64,000 bases of DNA from Bacteroidota bacterium (GTDB lineage Bacteria > Bacteroidota > Bacteroidia > UKL13-3): assembly GCA_030680835.1 (NCBI GenBank), contig JAUXUD010000104.1, positions 25,051 to 89,050 on the forward strand, given 5' to 3'. A program made the translations under genes and the position numbers. This document shows, piece after piece, positions 9,625 through 19,647 of this stretch (the stretch's first letter is position 1; every line of letters begins with the position of its first letter). Under the pieces are notes generated by a model. That model was given only the letters and a program-made list of their open reading frames with translations. It did no database searches and was not told where the DNA came from.

Positions 9625-10142
9625 GGATTAATTACAATAATCATATCATGCAAGTACATCAATTACAATACCTATTGATTGAAATTGAGTGAATTTGGTG
9701 TTTATGTTATGAGCTTAATATTCCAGTTCCAACTGTAACATTCTTCTGGAATAATCGGTGAGCTATTATTTAGTTTTATAAATTAAGATAGTTTTATGAG
9801 TAATATTATTCAAGCTTTAGTACGGAATGAGTGGGTTAGTTTGCGTGTATTATCCATTCAAGTTTTAGAACGCTTTATATCCCGGTGTTACCGGCAACCG
9901 AATATGAAGCATTTCTACTTGCCGATTTTACGACATATTTATTTGCCGGTTACACCAGGTCTTCAAATGTTGAAAACGGAATACTTCAACTCTTTTTCAA
10001 TAATTGGATATCCATCTTATTGATTCCAAAGGAACGGATCAAATGATTAACGTTGTTTTATACAATATTAATATTTATTGAAGGTGCATGGCTTAGTGAA
10101 GCGTTACAGGAGCAATGAATCCAACCAAAATTTAAAAATATT

Positions 10143-10772
10143 CTATATAAATTGTTCCCTCCAATTTCCGTTTGGGCTTTCAGAAATAAAGAAACCATTA
10201 GGTAAATTAAAAGATTTTGTAAAAGTTACTTCAGCCAAATTATTTATTCCTTTATCATATTTTTCAATTGACAAGAATGTATCTGGGCCTCTTAATGGTG
10301 CTATTCCTCCAAGTAAATATTGAGGGACAGTTGCTCCCGAATTAAGATGGCATAATTCAGCATTAGAATTTAGTTCCAATGCCTTTTTTAATTCAATTTT
10401 AAAAATAACTGGGTTTTCATTTTTGTATCTTTCAAAATGAGTTTTTAATCGTTTCAAATTTGGCCAAAAAAATACTCGACAATTTAATGTATAAATAAAT
10501 TGCTCACTTGACCATCCACCAGTTAAACATTTTTCAAGTGCTGCATTTAAGGGTCTTTGATCCCTAATCCAAATTTCATTTTCGTTAACTATAAAAGTGC
10601 AATGCACTGGACGTCTCTTTTTTATTATTTGATCTTTATTTTCTACATTAGATTTGTTCACCAATTCCTTTGTGCTAAAAAAGGATTTTGTTTCTAAAAT
10701 AAATTTTAAATTACGCCTATCAGTCAAATGATAAATAAAAGGTACATTTTCAATTAATTTTTGCCTATCCAT
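10143..10772 (-). CDS. Hypothetical protein (209 aa), immediately downstream of the isochorismatase-family gene
   Basis: ORF with N-terminal FIYHLTDRRNLKFILE. Faint resemblance to DarT/DUF4433 (YHFTH motif) is not strong enough to call. Confidence 0.45.
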   Translation of the reverse strand: MDRQKLIENVPFIYHLTDRRNLKFILETKSFFSTKELVNKSNVENKDQIIKKRRPVHCTFIVNENEIWIRDQRPLNAALEKCLTGGWSSEQFIYTLNCRVFFWPNLKRLKTHFERYKNENPVIFKIELKKALELNSNAELCHLNSGATVPQYLLGGIAPLRGPDTFLSIEKYDKGINNLAEVTFTKSFNLPNGFFISESPNGNWREQFI

Positions 10773-10858
10773 AAGCTTTTTTCTTTGCCATTTATTTGCG
10801 ACTTTAAAATTTAGATGTATTGGTTATTTTATGATACGTCCCAAGAGTTATGTTATAC

Positions 10859-11386
10859 TTACCTGAAACTTACTTTAGCCCCAAGGCGATTTTTATAATA
10901 ATTTATAAATTCATTTTGAACTTTAGAATCAAGGGGTAAAACACCTTTGGATGAAATAAAAACATTGTACCCTCTTATTCTTAACTCAAAAACAGCAAAA
11001 AGATCACAAATTTCAGTGCATACTCCTGTTACTTCAATTTCTGTCGGTTTTAATTTTTTTAAAATTTCTTCCAATCCTGTATTCAAAAATATACTTAATG
11101 TATTTTTATATAATACAGTTGATTTTGTTGCGTAGGATTCAAGTTCATCCACAATTTCAGATTCTGTGCTTCCATGCATGCAATGGGGTGGGTAAGGATT
11201 ATTAATTTCTGGATCTGATATTGAATGATTGTCACAAACAAAAATTACTTTATCAGAAGCTGCAAAGTATTTTTCAATTCTATTAATAATATAATTTTCC
11301 ATAACTAATGTTGAATCAGCCAATGACAATGGATAACCTTTCCTACAAAACCCCTTTAATAAATCGATTACTAAAAGTACTTTCAT
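10859..11386 (-). CDS. Isochorismatase-family cysteine hydrolase (nicotinamidase/pyrazinamidase-like)
   Basis: VLLVIDLLKGF (Asp), Lys in the middle, and VTGVCTEICD (nucleophile Cys). Confidence 0.7.
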   Translation of the reverse strand: MKVLLVIDLLKGFCRKGYPLSLADSTLVMENYIINRIEKYFAASDKVIFVCDNHSISDPEINNPYPPHCMHGSTESEIVDELESYATKSTVLYKNTLSIFLNTGLEEILKKLKPTEIEVTGVCTEICDLFAVFELRIRGYNVFISSKGVLPLDSKVQNEFINYYKNRLGAKVSFR

Positions 11387-11390
11387 TTAA

Positions 11391-12728
11391 CTAATTAAAA
11401 AATGTTTTATCCACCACTTTAATAGGAATCTTTGCATCTCCTTTTTCAAAGTTTATATCGAGGTTAAGATCAACTTCTGCTGCCTTCCACCGCTCATCAA
11501 AAGAAATAGTATCCTTTTTGCCTAAATTAATAGTTTGAACTAATTTTTTAAGAGTATGCGTGATGAAATTTTTAATAACATCATCATTATTCATATCAAT
11601 TTGAATATCCTTGTAATCCGGAACACAAGTATGCCATTCGTAGTGTAAAAGGATATTTTTTATAGGTTCTTGCCAATTCCTAATACTAAGGGTGGAAGTT
11701 GCCAAAATAATTCCTTGCAATTTTACTTTTTGCAATGCTTTAAAAACATTGTCTATGCCATTGCCATAATGGGCTATAAAAATAACTTGTCTTTTGGCCT
11801 CGGGTATATTATTCTTAATATTCTTTTCGATACTTTCAGCTATCTCATCTACATCGCTTTCGTAATTTATTCTAATTCCTTGGGCAATAGTACCATTCCA
11901 GTATTTCTTAAATTCTTCCAATGCCCCTATGCCATATTGATCATTTACTACAATATAAGTGGCAGTAGAAAAATTCGCACCATTGGCAAATTGGGCTAAT
12001 TGTTTTCCCTCTTCCTGACTTCGAATATAAAATCGGTATACCAAATTCGGTTTCAAAACTAATTTAGGGGAAGAAGTTACAGTACAAATTAATATTGGCT
12101 TTTGTCCCATAAATTTACATTGTGATAAAATATCTTCAAAATTTGCAGTTAAATCCTCATTAACCTTACTCATAGTAGAAATAAAATATTTTGTGCCTCG
12201 ATTTACCTCTTTTATTATTATTTCCTTTGCAGTTTTATAATCCATTAAGTGATCAATGGGAACAAATTCAAAATCATCAGTCGAGGCTGAATTATTTGAT
12301 TTTAGAAATTCTACATATCCATACATTTGTCTCATCCCATCCTTGTATTGAATTTGTTCTCCAAATGGCAACATCATTACAATTCTGATTTTCCTTTGAA
12401 TATTTGTTTCAGATGCTTTTGACTTATTCCCTAACGCATACCCTAAATTTATTAGTGACATTAAAGCGAATACAATGTAAACCACATAAATAATTTTGAA
12501 AGAGATTGGTTTTTCGTTTCGCTCTTTTCTTAATTTTTTATATTTTAAAAAAAGTATGACCCCAGTTATGATGGCAAGGCATATTGCAACTATTGATAAA
12601 TCAATATACGGTAATTTATATGTTTGATATAAACCAAAACAAGATTGTAAAAAACTAAAAAAGATGGTAATAAATGTGATTAAAGATGTTCCATTACCTA
12701 CATATTTCCAGAAATTGTTTGGTAACAT
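11391..12728 (-). CDS. Membrane-anchored protein with periplasmic ligand-binding-like domain
   Basis: Three N-terminal TM helices then an approximately 330-aa soluble region. 2 nt from the ABC permease gene. Confidence 0.45.
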   Translation of the reverse strand: MLPNNFWKYVGNGTSLITFITIFFSFLQSCFGLYQTYKLPYIDLSIVAICLAIITGVILFLKYKKLRKERNEKPISFKIIYVVYIVFALMSLINLGYALGNKSKASETNIQRKIRIVMMLPFGEQIQYKDGMRQMYGYVEFLKSNNSASTDDFEFVPIDHLMDYKTAKEIIIKEVNRGTKYFISTMSKVNEDLTANFEDILSQCKFMGQKPILICTVTSSPKLVLKPNLVYRFYIRSQEEGKQLAQFANGANFSTATYIVVNDQYGIGALEEFKKYWNGTIAQGIRINYESDVDEIAESIEKNIKNNIPEAKRQVIFIAHYGNGIDNVFKALQKVKLQGIILATSTLSIRNWQEPIKNILLHYEWHTCVPDYKDIQIDMNNDDVIKNFITHTLKKLVQTINLGKKDTISFDERWKAAEVDLNLDINFEKGDAKIPIKVVDKTFFN

Positions 12729-12730
12729 AA

Positions 12731-13537
12731 TTAGTTTTCTATTTCAGTTGACCAGTGTACTACTCGATATTGAATTATTTCAATAATTTTGTTAAGAAGA
12801 AATCCAAAAATTCCCACAATAAAAGTTAAGGCATAAACCCTTACATAATTTTGATTATTCATTTCATCATAAATCATTCCACCTATGCCGGACTTGTTAC
12901 CTATTAACATAAATTCCAAAACCGTAACTACTACAATAGAATAGGAAAGGGCGATTCTGAAACCAGAAAAAATTTCGGGCAATATTTCATACAAAGTAAC
13001 TTTAAAAAATCGTTTTGTCTTATTTATAGAACCATTAATTATATAGAATGAATGTACTCTTTGAAGGACTTGTTTCTCTATTCCAGTCCTAATATTAAAT
13101 ATAACAATAAGGATACATGGATAGGTTGCGAGTATCCACACAATATTTGATGATTTCGAACCAATTAATAATGCAACACCAGGAAGTAAAAAGGTTACAG
13201 GAATAGATCTAAAAAAATCAATAGTAGGTTGAGAAAAACTCCATATAACCTTTGTAGAACCAAGAAATAGTCCAATTATTCCTCCAAAAATTAATGAAAA
13301 CAAAAGTACTTTAGATATTACAAAAATTGTATTCCCAATTGCATAAATAAAAGACTTTTCTCCGAATGATCTAATTATGTCTTCAAATATTATTTGGGGT
13401 TTAGGAAAGGTTGGCGCAAAAAAATTGGCTATCATACACAAAACAAATAGAATTATGGGTAAAATTACAAATCCTATTGCGTTGCTAATTTTTGGATTAG
13501 TTATTAATTTAGTCATTGATTGCTGTTTTAAATTCAT
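12731..13537 (-). CDS. ABC transporter permease (NitT/TauT-type)
   Basis: Six TM helices and an EAA-like loop. Sits between the ATPase and the membrane protein. Confidence 0.7.
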   Translation of the reverse strand: MNLKQQSMTKLITNPKISNAIGFVILPIILFVLCMIANFFAPTFPKPQIIFEDIIRSFGEKSFIYAIGNTIFVISKVLLFSLIFGGIIGLFLGSTKVIWSFSQPTIDFFRSIPVTFLLPGVALLIGSKSSNIVWILATYPCILIVIFNIRTGIEKQVLQRVHSFYIINGSINKTKRFFKVTLYEILPEIFSGFRIALSYSIVVVTVLEFMLIGNKSGIGGMIYDEMNNQNYVRVYALTFIVGIFGFLLNKIIEIIQYRVVHWSTEIEN

Positions 13538-14300
13538 CTAGAAGATAATCTTTATATTCCTTTACCTTTTCATGTTTTAAAAGTTCGTGCCTTGGAAATG
13601 TCTCAACCTTTTCATAATAGAAAAAATCTCTTTTTGGTTGCCAAATTGATTTAAATTTTTCCTTGAAATAAACCACTCGATCAGCTAGAATTGATGCTTC
13701 ATCCAAACTATGAGTTACAAACAAAACTGTTGGATTTCTAATTTGAAAATCCTCATATAAGAAATCCCATAATTCCTGTGTAAGTTTGAAATCAATTCCT
13801 GTCAATGGTTCATCCATTAAAATAATATTTGGTTTATAACTTAAAGCAACCGCTATTGACAATCTTTTTCTTTCGCCACCTGATATTTTGTTAGGATAGT
13901 TTTTCCTTTTATGTGATATTTTAAGATCATCCAATATTTTATCACAATGGTCTTTCCAACCGTCACATTTTAATCTATTTCTTAGGTTATTGGGATAGTA
14001 CAAATTTTCTTCAACTGTCAACCAAGGAAAAAGCATTTTATCTGAATCTTGGGTAACGTATGCGAGATTTTGCATTATTTGATTATTATCTTGCTTTTTA
14101 TCATTTATGTAAAAATTAATTATACCTTTTGTTGGTTTAATAAGGGTAGATATGATTTGAAGTAAGGTTGATTTACCACAGCCACTATTTCCCATTAAGG
14201 CTACCACTTCACCACTATTTATTTTCAAGTTGACATTTTCAAGAACAGTGGTTGCAGGATAAGAATAATTAAAATAAAGATTATTAATTTCTATATTCAT
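13509..14300 (-). CDS. ABC transporter ATP-binding protein
   Basis: Walker A GNSGCGKST, signature LSGGERKRLSIAVAL, Walker B ILMDEPLTGID, H-loop VTHS. Confidence 0.85.
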   Translation of the reverse strand: MNIEINNLYFNYSYPATTVLENVNLKINSGEVVALMGNSGCGKSTLLQIISTLIKPTKGIINFYINDKKQDNNQIMQNLAYVTQDSDKMLFPWLTVEENLYYPNNLRNRLKCDGWKDHCDKILDDLKISHKRKNYPNKISGGERKRLSIAVALSYKPNIILMDEPLTGIDFKLTQELWDFLYEDFQIRNPTVLFVTHSLDEASILADRVVYFKEKFKSIWQPKRDFFYYEKVETFPRHELLKHEKVKEYKDYLLDEFKTAIND

Positions 14301-14305
14301 GATTT

Positions 14306-15322
14306 TTATTGTTTAATGCAAATGTCCTGAGGCAAGGGTACTTTCTTGATTTCATCCATACTTTTTAACTTTTCTAAATATCCTTTGAGATTATTGAAAT
14401 CAATTTGTGTAGAAAGTGAAAGAGGCATTATATTCATAGTATCTGCTACATTTTTGTTTAGTTTTGTAGCTTTGGCTAATATTTGTCTGGCTTCTATCGG
14501 GTTCTTAAGAATAAATTCTACTGATTTATCTATGGCATTAAAAAACGCCTTCGCAATTTTAGGATTTTCTTCCAACCAACGAGCATTAATAGCAGCTACA
14601 CCAATAGGATTTGGGGAATACTGGATTGCATAAACCGAAGTTGAAATCTTTTTGAATCCATAATTTACTATTCCTAAACTCAATGTTGGTTCATAAGTGA
14701 ATAAAGCATCTATTTCGCCATTTTCTAAGGTTTGAATGTGTAATGGAGGATCTAATTCAACAAAAATTGGAATTTCAAGGTCCGGATAATTTGATTTAAA
14801 AATTTCAGCAATAGATTTTTTCGCCGTTGTCCCAGGAAATACTCCAACCTTTTTACCAGACAAGTCCTCAAGTTTTGTCAGGATCGAATTTGATTTCACC
14901 AAAATACCATCAAATCCATTGGCACTTGTTATTGAACTAATTGAGAAAATCTTTGCTGAATTTGGGGTAGTTTCAAGTTGTTTTAATAGGGGTACAATAG
15001 AAAGTTCAATTCCCGCATCAATGTGCCCCGCCACTAAATCTTGTGCGATCAGATTACTTGTTTTAATAGGATTAGCCTCTATATCATCTTCACCAAATCC
15101 TTCTTCTTTGTAATAACCCTTTTCCAAAGCAACAAAATGGGTCAAACTCGAAACCATAGGTAAATACCCTATCTTAATTTTATTTGAATGAATTTGGTTA
15201 TTGCAGCATATTTCAATTGACGAAATAGTTCCTACCCCTAAAATAAGAATAATCAGTTTTAGGTATTTTTTCATTATCCACTTTTTAGTGATGTTCAAAA
15301 TCAATAAATTCTTAGCTTTCAT
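14306..15322 (-). CDS. ABC transporter substrate-binding protein (NMT1/THI5-like, nitrate/sulfonate/bicarbonate family)
   Basis: Signal peptide plus approximately 300-aa periplasmic binding fold. First gene of the transporter operon. Confidence 0.65.
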   Translation of the reverse strand: MKAKNLLILNITKKWIMKKYLKLIILILGVGTISSIEICCNNQIHSNKIKIGYLPMVSSLTHFVALEKGYYKEEGFGEDDIEANPIKTSNLIAQDLVAGHIDAGIELSIVPLLKQLETTPNSAKIFSISSITSANGFDGILVKSNSILTKLEDLSGKKVGVFPGTTAKKSIAEIFKSNYPDLEIPIFVELDPPLHIQTLENGEIDALFTYEPTLSLGIVNYGFKKISTSVYAIQYSPNPIGVAAINARWLEENPKIAKAFFNAIDKSVEFILKNPIEARQILAKATKLNKNVADTMNIMPLSLSTQIDFNNLKGYLEKLKSMDEIKKVPLPQDICIKQ

Positions 15323-15563
15323 ATTTTATTTAAATAATTATTCAGGCCCATAGTCATTTTATATGGTAGTTAATTTTCTGTGTTGTAAAGCTTACATTAT
15401 TTTTTTTAGTATAAATCACTATTTATAACCAAATTTTATTATGGTTATAAATAACTATATTTTAATTATGAATAAAAATATTAAAAGAGATTTTAAAATA
15501 AAAAAGCTATCCAAGTTTGATGTGTACCCTATAAAGTAGACACGTTAAAAGCATTCTGGGCGG

Positions 15564-16415
15564 CTAAACAAAAGACAAAAGATGATTTCTGTATTGTACA
15601 GGAGTCATCTTTTTTATATTCCATTGTGGTCTCTCGTTATTATAATACTCGATATATTTTTCTGTAGCAAATTTTAATTCTTCAAGCGTCTTGCAGTCGT
15701 TGTAATCAATATCATCTTTTAAGTGTCCAAAAAATGATTCCATCGGGGCATTGTCAGTACAATTTCCTTTTCTCGACATTGATTGAATCATTTTTAATTC
15801 TTTAATCCTATCTATATATTCAGGATTTGTGTAATGAAATCCTTGATCGGAATGTATCATCACATTTTTCAAAGATGGTATTTGTGGATTATTTTTCAAG
15901 TAGTCAATTGTGTTTAAAACCACACTCATTCCCAGATGAGGGGAAATATCCCATGCTACAATTTCTCGACTGGCAATATCTTTAACAGCCGACAAGTACA
16001 CCATTCGGTTATTAAAGGGCAGGTAGGTAATATCAGTACAAAAAGTTTTGTGAGGGATTTCTTGCTTAAAATTTCTATTCAATGTATTCCCAAACGTCCG
16101 GTGCAACTGTGTTTTTCTGATGATGGCTTTGTATGGATTAATTCTTCTTATTTTAGTCACCAAGTTGTACTTATTTTTAATCCTAATGATCTTCTTGTGA
16201 TTCATCACGATGCCCTGATTCGCCTTTAGCTTCATTTGTATGGTTCTCCATCCATATTTAGCCCTACCTTTATCAAACACATCCTTGATGAGTATATAGT
16301 CATTGTAATCTTTCTCTGGTTTGTGTGACTGTTTGAGCCACTTGTAGTATCCGCTTTTTGATACTCCTGCAATTTCACAAAGTATTTCTACATTACCTCC
16401 AATCTCCCATATCAT
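15564..16415 (-). CDS. IS3-family transposase OrfB (DDE integrase core). The OrfAB fusion is made by a -1 frameshift, so the true OrfB frame extends upstream to about 16490.
   Basis: rve-like motifs HSDQGFHYT and NCTDNAPMESFFGHLK. Reading the -1 frame from the slippery site gives RGHFFSQTPGQTSGVKLWPKAKFEMIWEIGG, joining OrfA to OrfB. Confidence 0.85.
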   Translation of the reverse strand: MIWEIGGNVEILCEIAGVSKSGYYKWLKQSHKPEKDYNDYILIKDVFDKGRAKYGWRTIQMKLKANQGIVMNHKKIIRIKNKYNLVTKIRRINPYKAIIRKTQLHRTFGNTLNRNFKQEIPHKTFCTDITYLPFNNRMVYLSAVKDIASREIVAWDISPHLGMSVVLNTIDYLKNNPQIPSLKNVMIHSDQGFHYTNPEYIDRIKELKMIQSMSRKGNCTDNAPMESFFGHLKDDIDYNDCKTLEELKFATEKYIEYYNNERPQWNIKKMTPVQYRNHLLSFV

Positions 16416-16441
16416 TTCAAACTTTGCTTTTGGCCATAGTT

Positions 16442-16858
16442 TTACTCCGCTCGTTTGGCCCGGAGTTTGGCTAAAAAAATGTCCTCTTTTTTAAGGTACA
16501 ATACTTCCAATTTCAATCGCTTAATTTTTTCTTCGTCAGTTAGATTTTCCTTTATTTTCTTTCGTCTTCCTCCGCCACGACCCCTCATTTCAATTTTAAA
16601 ACCGTTAATTCCCTTATCTTTAAATACAATCCTCCAATCATGCAGGAGGTACTTGGGTTTGACCTCTCCAATTGTATTTAAATTAAATCCCGCTTGTTTA
16701 AAGATTTCTTTAGGTGACATCCTTTTGTTTAGATATTGATCGACCGCTTTAATTTTAAACTCCGGGTTGTATGTGATATATGTTCCTCTAAATTTTAATA
16801 CATTTTTATTTTTTAACAATTCCTTTATTTGATTTTTAGTGAATGATTGTTGTTTCAT
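16442..16858 (-). CDS. IS3-family transposase OrfA (HTH)
   Basis: HTH/leucine-zipper N-terminus. Ends ...EVLYLKKEDIFLAKLRAKRAE. Confidence 0.8.
   Translation of the reverse strand: MKQQSFTKNQIKELLKNKNVLKFRGTYITYNPEFKIKAVDQYLNKRMSPKEIFKQAGFNLNTIGEVKPKYLLHDWRIVFKDKGINGFKIEMRGRGGGRRKKIKENLTDEEKIKRLKLEVLYLKKEDIFLAKLRAKRAE
16486..16495 (-). promoter_or_regulatory. Programmed -1 ribosomal frameshift site A AAA AAG of the IS3 element
   Basis: Minus-strand ctt aaa aaa gag near the end of orfA. The -1 frame is continuous into orfB. Confidence 0.55.
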
Positions 16859-16969
16859 ATTTATTGATGATCTAATAATATCCCATTTCTGGGTACAAAA
16901 AAAGTGGGCACATTACGTGTCCACTTTAAGGGGTACAGATCAGTTTAGTGAATAGCCTTTTATTTTTTA

Positions 16970-17644
16970 TCAATATATCAACCCATCATCTGCAAAACTA
17001 TAATACTTATTCCCTCCAATAATCACATGATCTCCAATGGATATTTCAAGCAATCTAGCGCCTTCTATTAATTTTCGAGTAAGCGTAATATCTTGGTTAC
17101 TTGCGACAGTGCTCCCGGAAGGGTGATTATGACATAACGCTATTGATACGGCCCGATGTTCAAGTGCAAGCCTGAAAATCTGTTTCGGGTCGGCAACTGT
17201 TCCATTAACTCCTCCAATACTAACCTGAACAGCACCAATCACAGAGTTATTCCTTCGCAAGCACATAATCCAGAACTCTTCATGAGGAAGGTCAGCCAGA
17301 AGAGGATAAAAATAATTAAATACTTCCAGACTGCTGGAAATCTTTTGAATATCCCTTATTGGTTCACTGTGTCTTCGTTTACCAAGTTCAATAGTTGCCA
17401 TAATTCGGAGTGCTTTGTTCATACCAATACCTTTCAACTTCATTAGGTCATACATATTTTTGTGACCTAATTGAATCAAGCTATTGTTGGAAGAATTAAG
17501 CACATCGCGGCTTTTAGGGCCAATAATGAGTTGAAGTAATTGAGTGTTGGTATATGTTCGCATATCAACACTCAATGGAGAATAAATCTGGGTAGGTTCG
17601 ATAGCTTCAGACTGTGCTTGGATATCACTCCTGCGTTGGTTCAT
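16970..17644 (-). CDS. radC: RadC-family JAB/MPN domain protein
   Basis: HNHPSG motif (ALCHNHPSGSTVASNQDITLTRKL) and helix-hairpin-helix N-terminus. Typical accessory gene of integrative elements. Confidence 0.85.
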   Translation of the reverse strand: MNQRRSDIQAQSEAIEPTQIYSPLSVDMRTYTNTQLLQLIIGPKSRDVLNSSNNSLIQLGHKNMYDLMKLKGIGMNKALRIMATIELGKRRHSEPIRDIQKISSSLEVFNYFYPLLADLPHEEFWIMCLRRNNSVIGAVQVSIGGVNGTVADPKQIFRLALEHRAVSIALCHNHPSGSTVASNQDITLTRKLIEGARLLEISIGDHVIIGGNKYYSFADDGLIY

Positions 17645-18527
17645 CTTCTATCTGATCTTTTTCTGGTGGCGGAATGTTTAAAATGTAATCCACTGCTTTT
17701 TGAGCAAGGCCACAAGCATAAATGATAAGGCGTTTGTCAGTTTTCAATTTTGAAATCCAGCCGTTAATATACTCAGTATTAGCTGTGAGATCAATTAACT
17801 TTATTCCGCAATATGCTGCCAGATAACTGGCCCCAATGCTGGCAATCAGTTCTTCAATTGAAAACTTTTCTCCACCCATAGCTTCTTGATGTACCATTTC
17901 CTTTCTGTTCAACCGCAATTTATGTCCTGTTGAATGAATCATTTGCCGGAATAATATTTCAAAATACACTTCTTCATTTTTAATTGAGGAAAGTTCCGGC
18001 ATATTGATATAATCAAAGAGAGGGAGATAGTAGGCCATATTTTCGACATTCCGAATTTCAGGTCGCAACGGCATTTCTTCCACAATTCGGGCACAGATTT
18101 TTAGTGCAGCCGCTTTTGTAATCCGTTTTTTTGGAACTGGGATTAAATGTTCAGGTAGGTTCTCCAATTGTTCAATGTTGAATACCCGATAGTAATTCAT
18201 TATGGCTTGAGCTTTGCCTCCTTCAGGCATATCGAGCCAATCTAAATACATTACAGGCCAAGATTTTTCTCCTTTTTTAACATTGTACCCTGCTTTGGAT
18301 AGTTGTTTGAAGGTGAGGAAATAATTTTGCTTGAAGCCAAGAGATGCTAAAAGCCATACATTGATCCCCCGATAGGAACGATTAGTAATTAAGTTACATG
18401 GGAAATTGGTACCCTCGAAGAGTTGTCTCCAGGGAATGATTCCTTTTTCAAGTAAGTTAATAATTAGTGCAGATATCATTTCTTGCACATTCAGCTTTTC
18501 TGCTGAGGTTTGATTTTGGTCATTCAT
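17625..18527 (-). CDS. ArdC-like protein (ssDNA-binding N-domain + zincin-like domain with a degenerate metal site), copy 1
   Basis: PWRQLFEG...YRGINVWLL...VKKGEKS N-domain. The metalloprotease motif reads FRQMIHSTGH instead of FHELIHSTGH. Confidence 0.7.
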   Translation of the reverse strand: MNDQNQTSAEKLNVQEMISALIINLLEKGIIPWRQLFEGTNFPCNLITNRSYRGINVWLLASLGFKQNYFLTFKQLSKAGYNVKKGEKSWPVMYLDWLDMPEGGKAQAIMNYYRVFNIEQLENLPEHLIPVPKKRITKAAALKICARIVEEMPLRPEIRNVENMAYYLPLFDYINMPELSSIKNEEVYFEILFRQMIHSTGHKLRLNRKEMVHQEAMGGEKFSIEELIASIGASYLAAYCGIKLIDLTANTEYINGWISKLKTDKRLIIYACGLAQKAVDYILNIPPPEKDQIEDEPTQE

Positions 18528-18723
18528 TTTTTTGTTATTTAATTGTGAAAGAATTTATTTGGTTCAATTACAGTGTAGCTAAATGAATGGAAGTTCATAA
18601 GATGAATAAAGGAGTGCAGAAGCACTACAAATTCTAACAATAAAAAAGCAACCCATTTTTGAAGGATTGCTCTTTTTTTAATAAAACCAATGATTTGTTT
18701 CCCTATCGTAATGTAATTGAAAA
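18528..18723. repeat. Intergenic cassette, copy 1 of 2 (about 75-80% identical to 19648-19802)
   Basis: Shares TTTAATTGTGAAAGAATTTATTTG, ATAAGATGAATAAAGGAGTGCA and a hairpin plus T-run terminator (18643-18680) with the second copy. Confidence 0.7.
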
Positions 18724-19647
18724 TCAATCATGAACTGGCTCATATTCAATGTGCTCTTTTACTTTTGGCATTTCAAATGGATCAGCTTTTTGATTGAGAA
18801 TAAAATCAGTGGATAGTTGAGCTTTGGCACTGGCATGGATGATAAAGCGTTTATCGTTTTTAAGAACCTTTAACCAGTTCTGCAAGTAGGCAACATTGTT
18901 TGAAAACTGGCTTTCGGTAACAGTACCTGCAACTGAATTAAGATAACAAGCTCCAATTTCAGCTACCAGTTCTTCCTGGGAATATGGTTCACTGCCGAAA
19001 CTTGTTGACTGAGCAATTTCCTTTCGATTTAACCGGCTTTGATGACCAGTACTATGAATTAACTCATGGAAGAGAGTATTGTAGTAATCAATGCTCTGTT
19101 TGAAGCTATTAGGCTTTGGCATGTTGATATAATCATGTAGAGGAACATAATACGCTTCATTCACTTCATGTTTGATTACTGGCTTTTGAGGCATTTTGGC
19201 TACAATTTCCTCACATATTTGAATCGGTACACCATCCCATATTTCATTATTTGTAACAGGAATACTACTTTCCGGTATCCCTTCACATTGAGTAATATTG
19301 AATATATTATAATACCGGAGCATGTAGGTATACTTCTTCTCCTTTGTTGCTTCATCTTCCTTTTCAAATCGTTTCCAGAATACCACTGGACAAGCCTTTT
19401 CACCTTTCTTAACCTTGCCACCTAATGTCAGTGCCTGGTTGTAGGAAAGGAAATAATTGCTGTCATACTTTAAAGAGAGTAGAAGCCAAATGTTAATGCC
19501 ACGATAGGGTCGTTTGGTTATTAGATTCTGAGGAATTCCGGTTTGTGCCCAAGATTGTTTCCATGGCACAATACCTTTTTCAAGTTCTGCAATGATGCGA
19601 TCTGTGACCATCTGGTACACATCAGGCTTTGGTTTTGCTGTTTCCAT
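18724..19647 (-). CDS. ArdC-like antirestriction protein (ssDNA-binding N-domain + intact HExxH zincin domain), copy 2
   Basis: PWKQSWAQ...YRGINIWLL...VKKGEKA and LFHELIHSTGHQSRLNRKE. Confidence 0.8.
   Translation of the reverse strand: METAKPKPDVYQMVTDRIIAELEKGIVPWKQSWAQTGIPQNLITKRPYRGINIWLLLSLKYDSNYFLSYNQALTLGGKVKKGEKACPVVFWKRFEKEDEATKEKKYTYMLRYYNIFNITQCEGIPESSIPVTNNEIWDGVPIQICEEIVAKMPQKPVIKHEVNEAYYVPLHDYINMPKPNSFKQSIDYYNTLFHELIHSTGHQSRLNRKEIAQSTSFGSEPYSQEELVAEIGACYLNSVAGTVTESQFSNNVAYLQNWLKVLKNDKRFIIHASAKAQLSTDFILNQKADPFEMPKVKEHIEYEPVHD

Larger units (their letters stand above)
15523..16937 (-). mobile_element. IS3-family insertion sequence, apparently intact (about 1.4 kb)
   Basis: Terminal inverted repeats TGTACCCTATAAAGTAGACACGT (15523-15545) and the reverse complement of ACGTGTCCACTTTAAGGGGTACA (16915-16937), about 19/23 matching with TG...CA ends. 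Encloses orfA and orfB. GAT occurs on both flanks as a possible 3 bp target duplication. Confidence 0.75.

Noticed and set aside
10143-10772. Calling the 209-aa protein a DarT-like ADP-ribosyltransferase
   Set aside because: Only a loose YH.T N-terminal resemblance and no DarG/macrodomain partner. Left as hypothetical.
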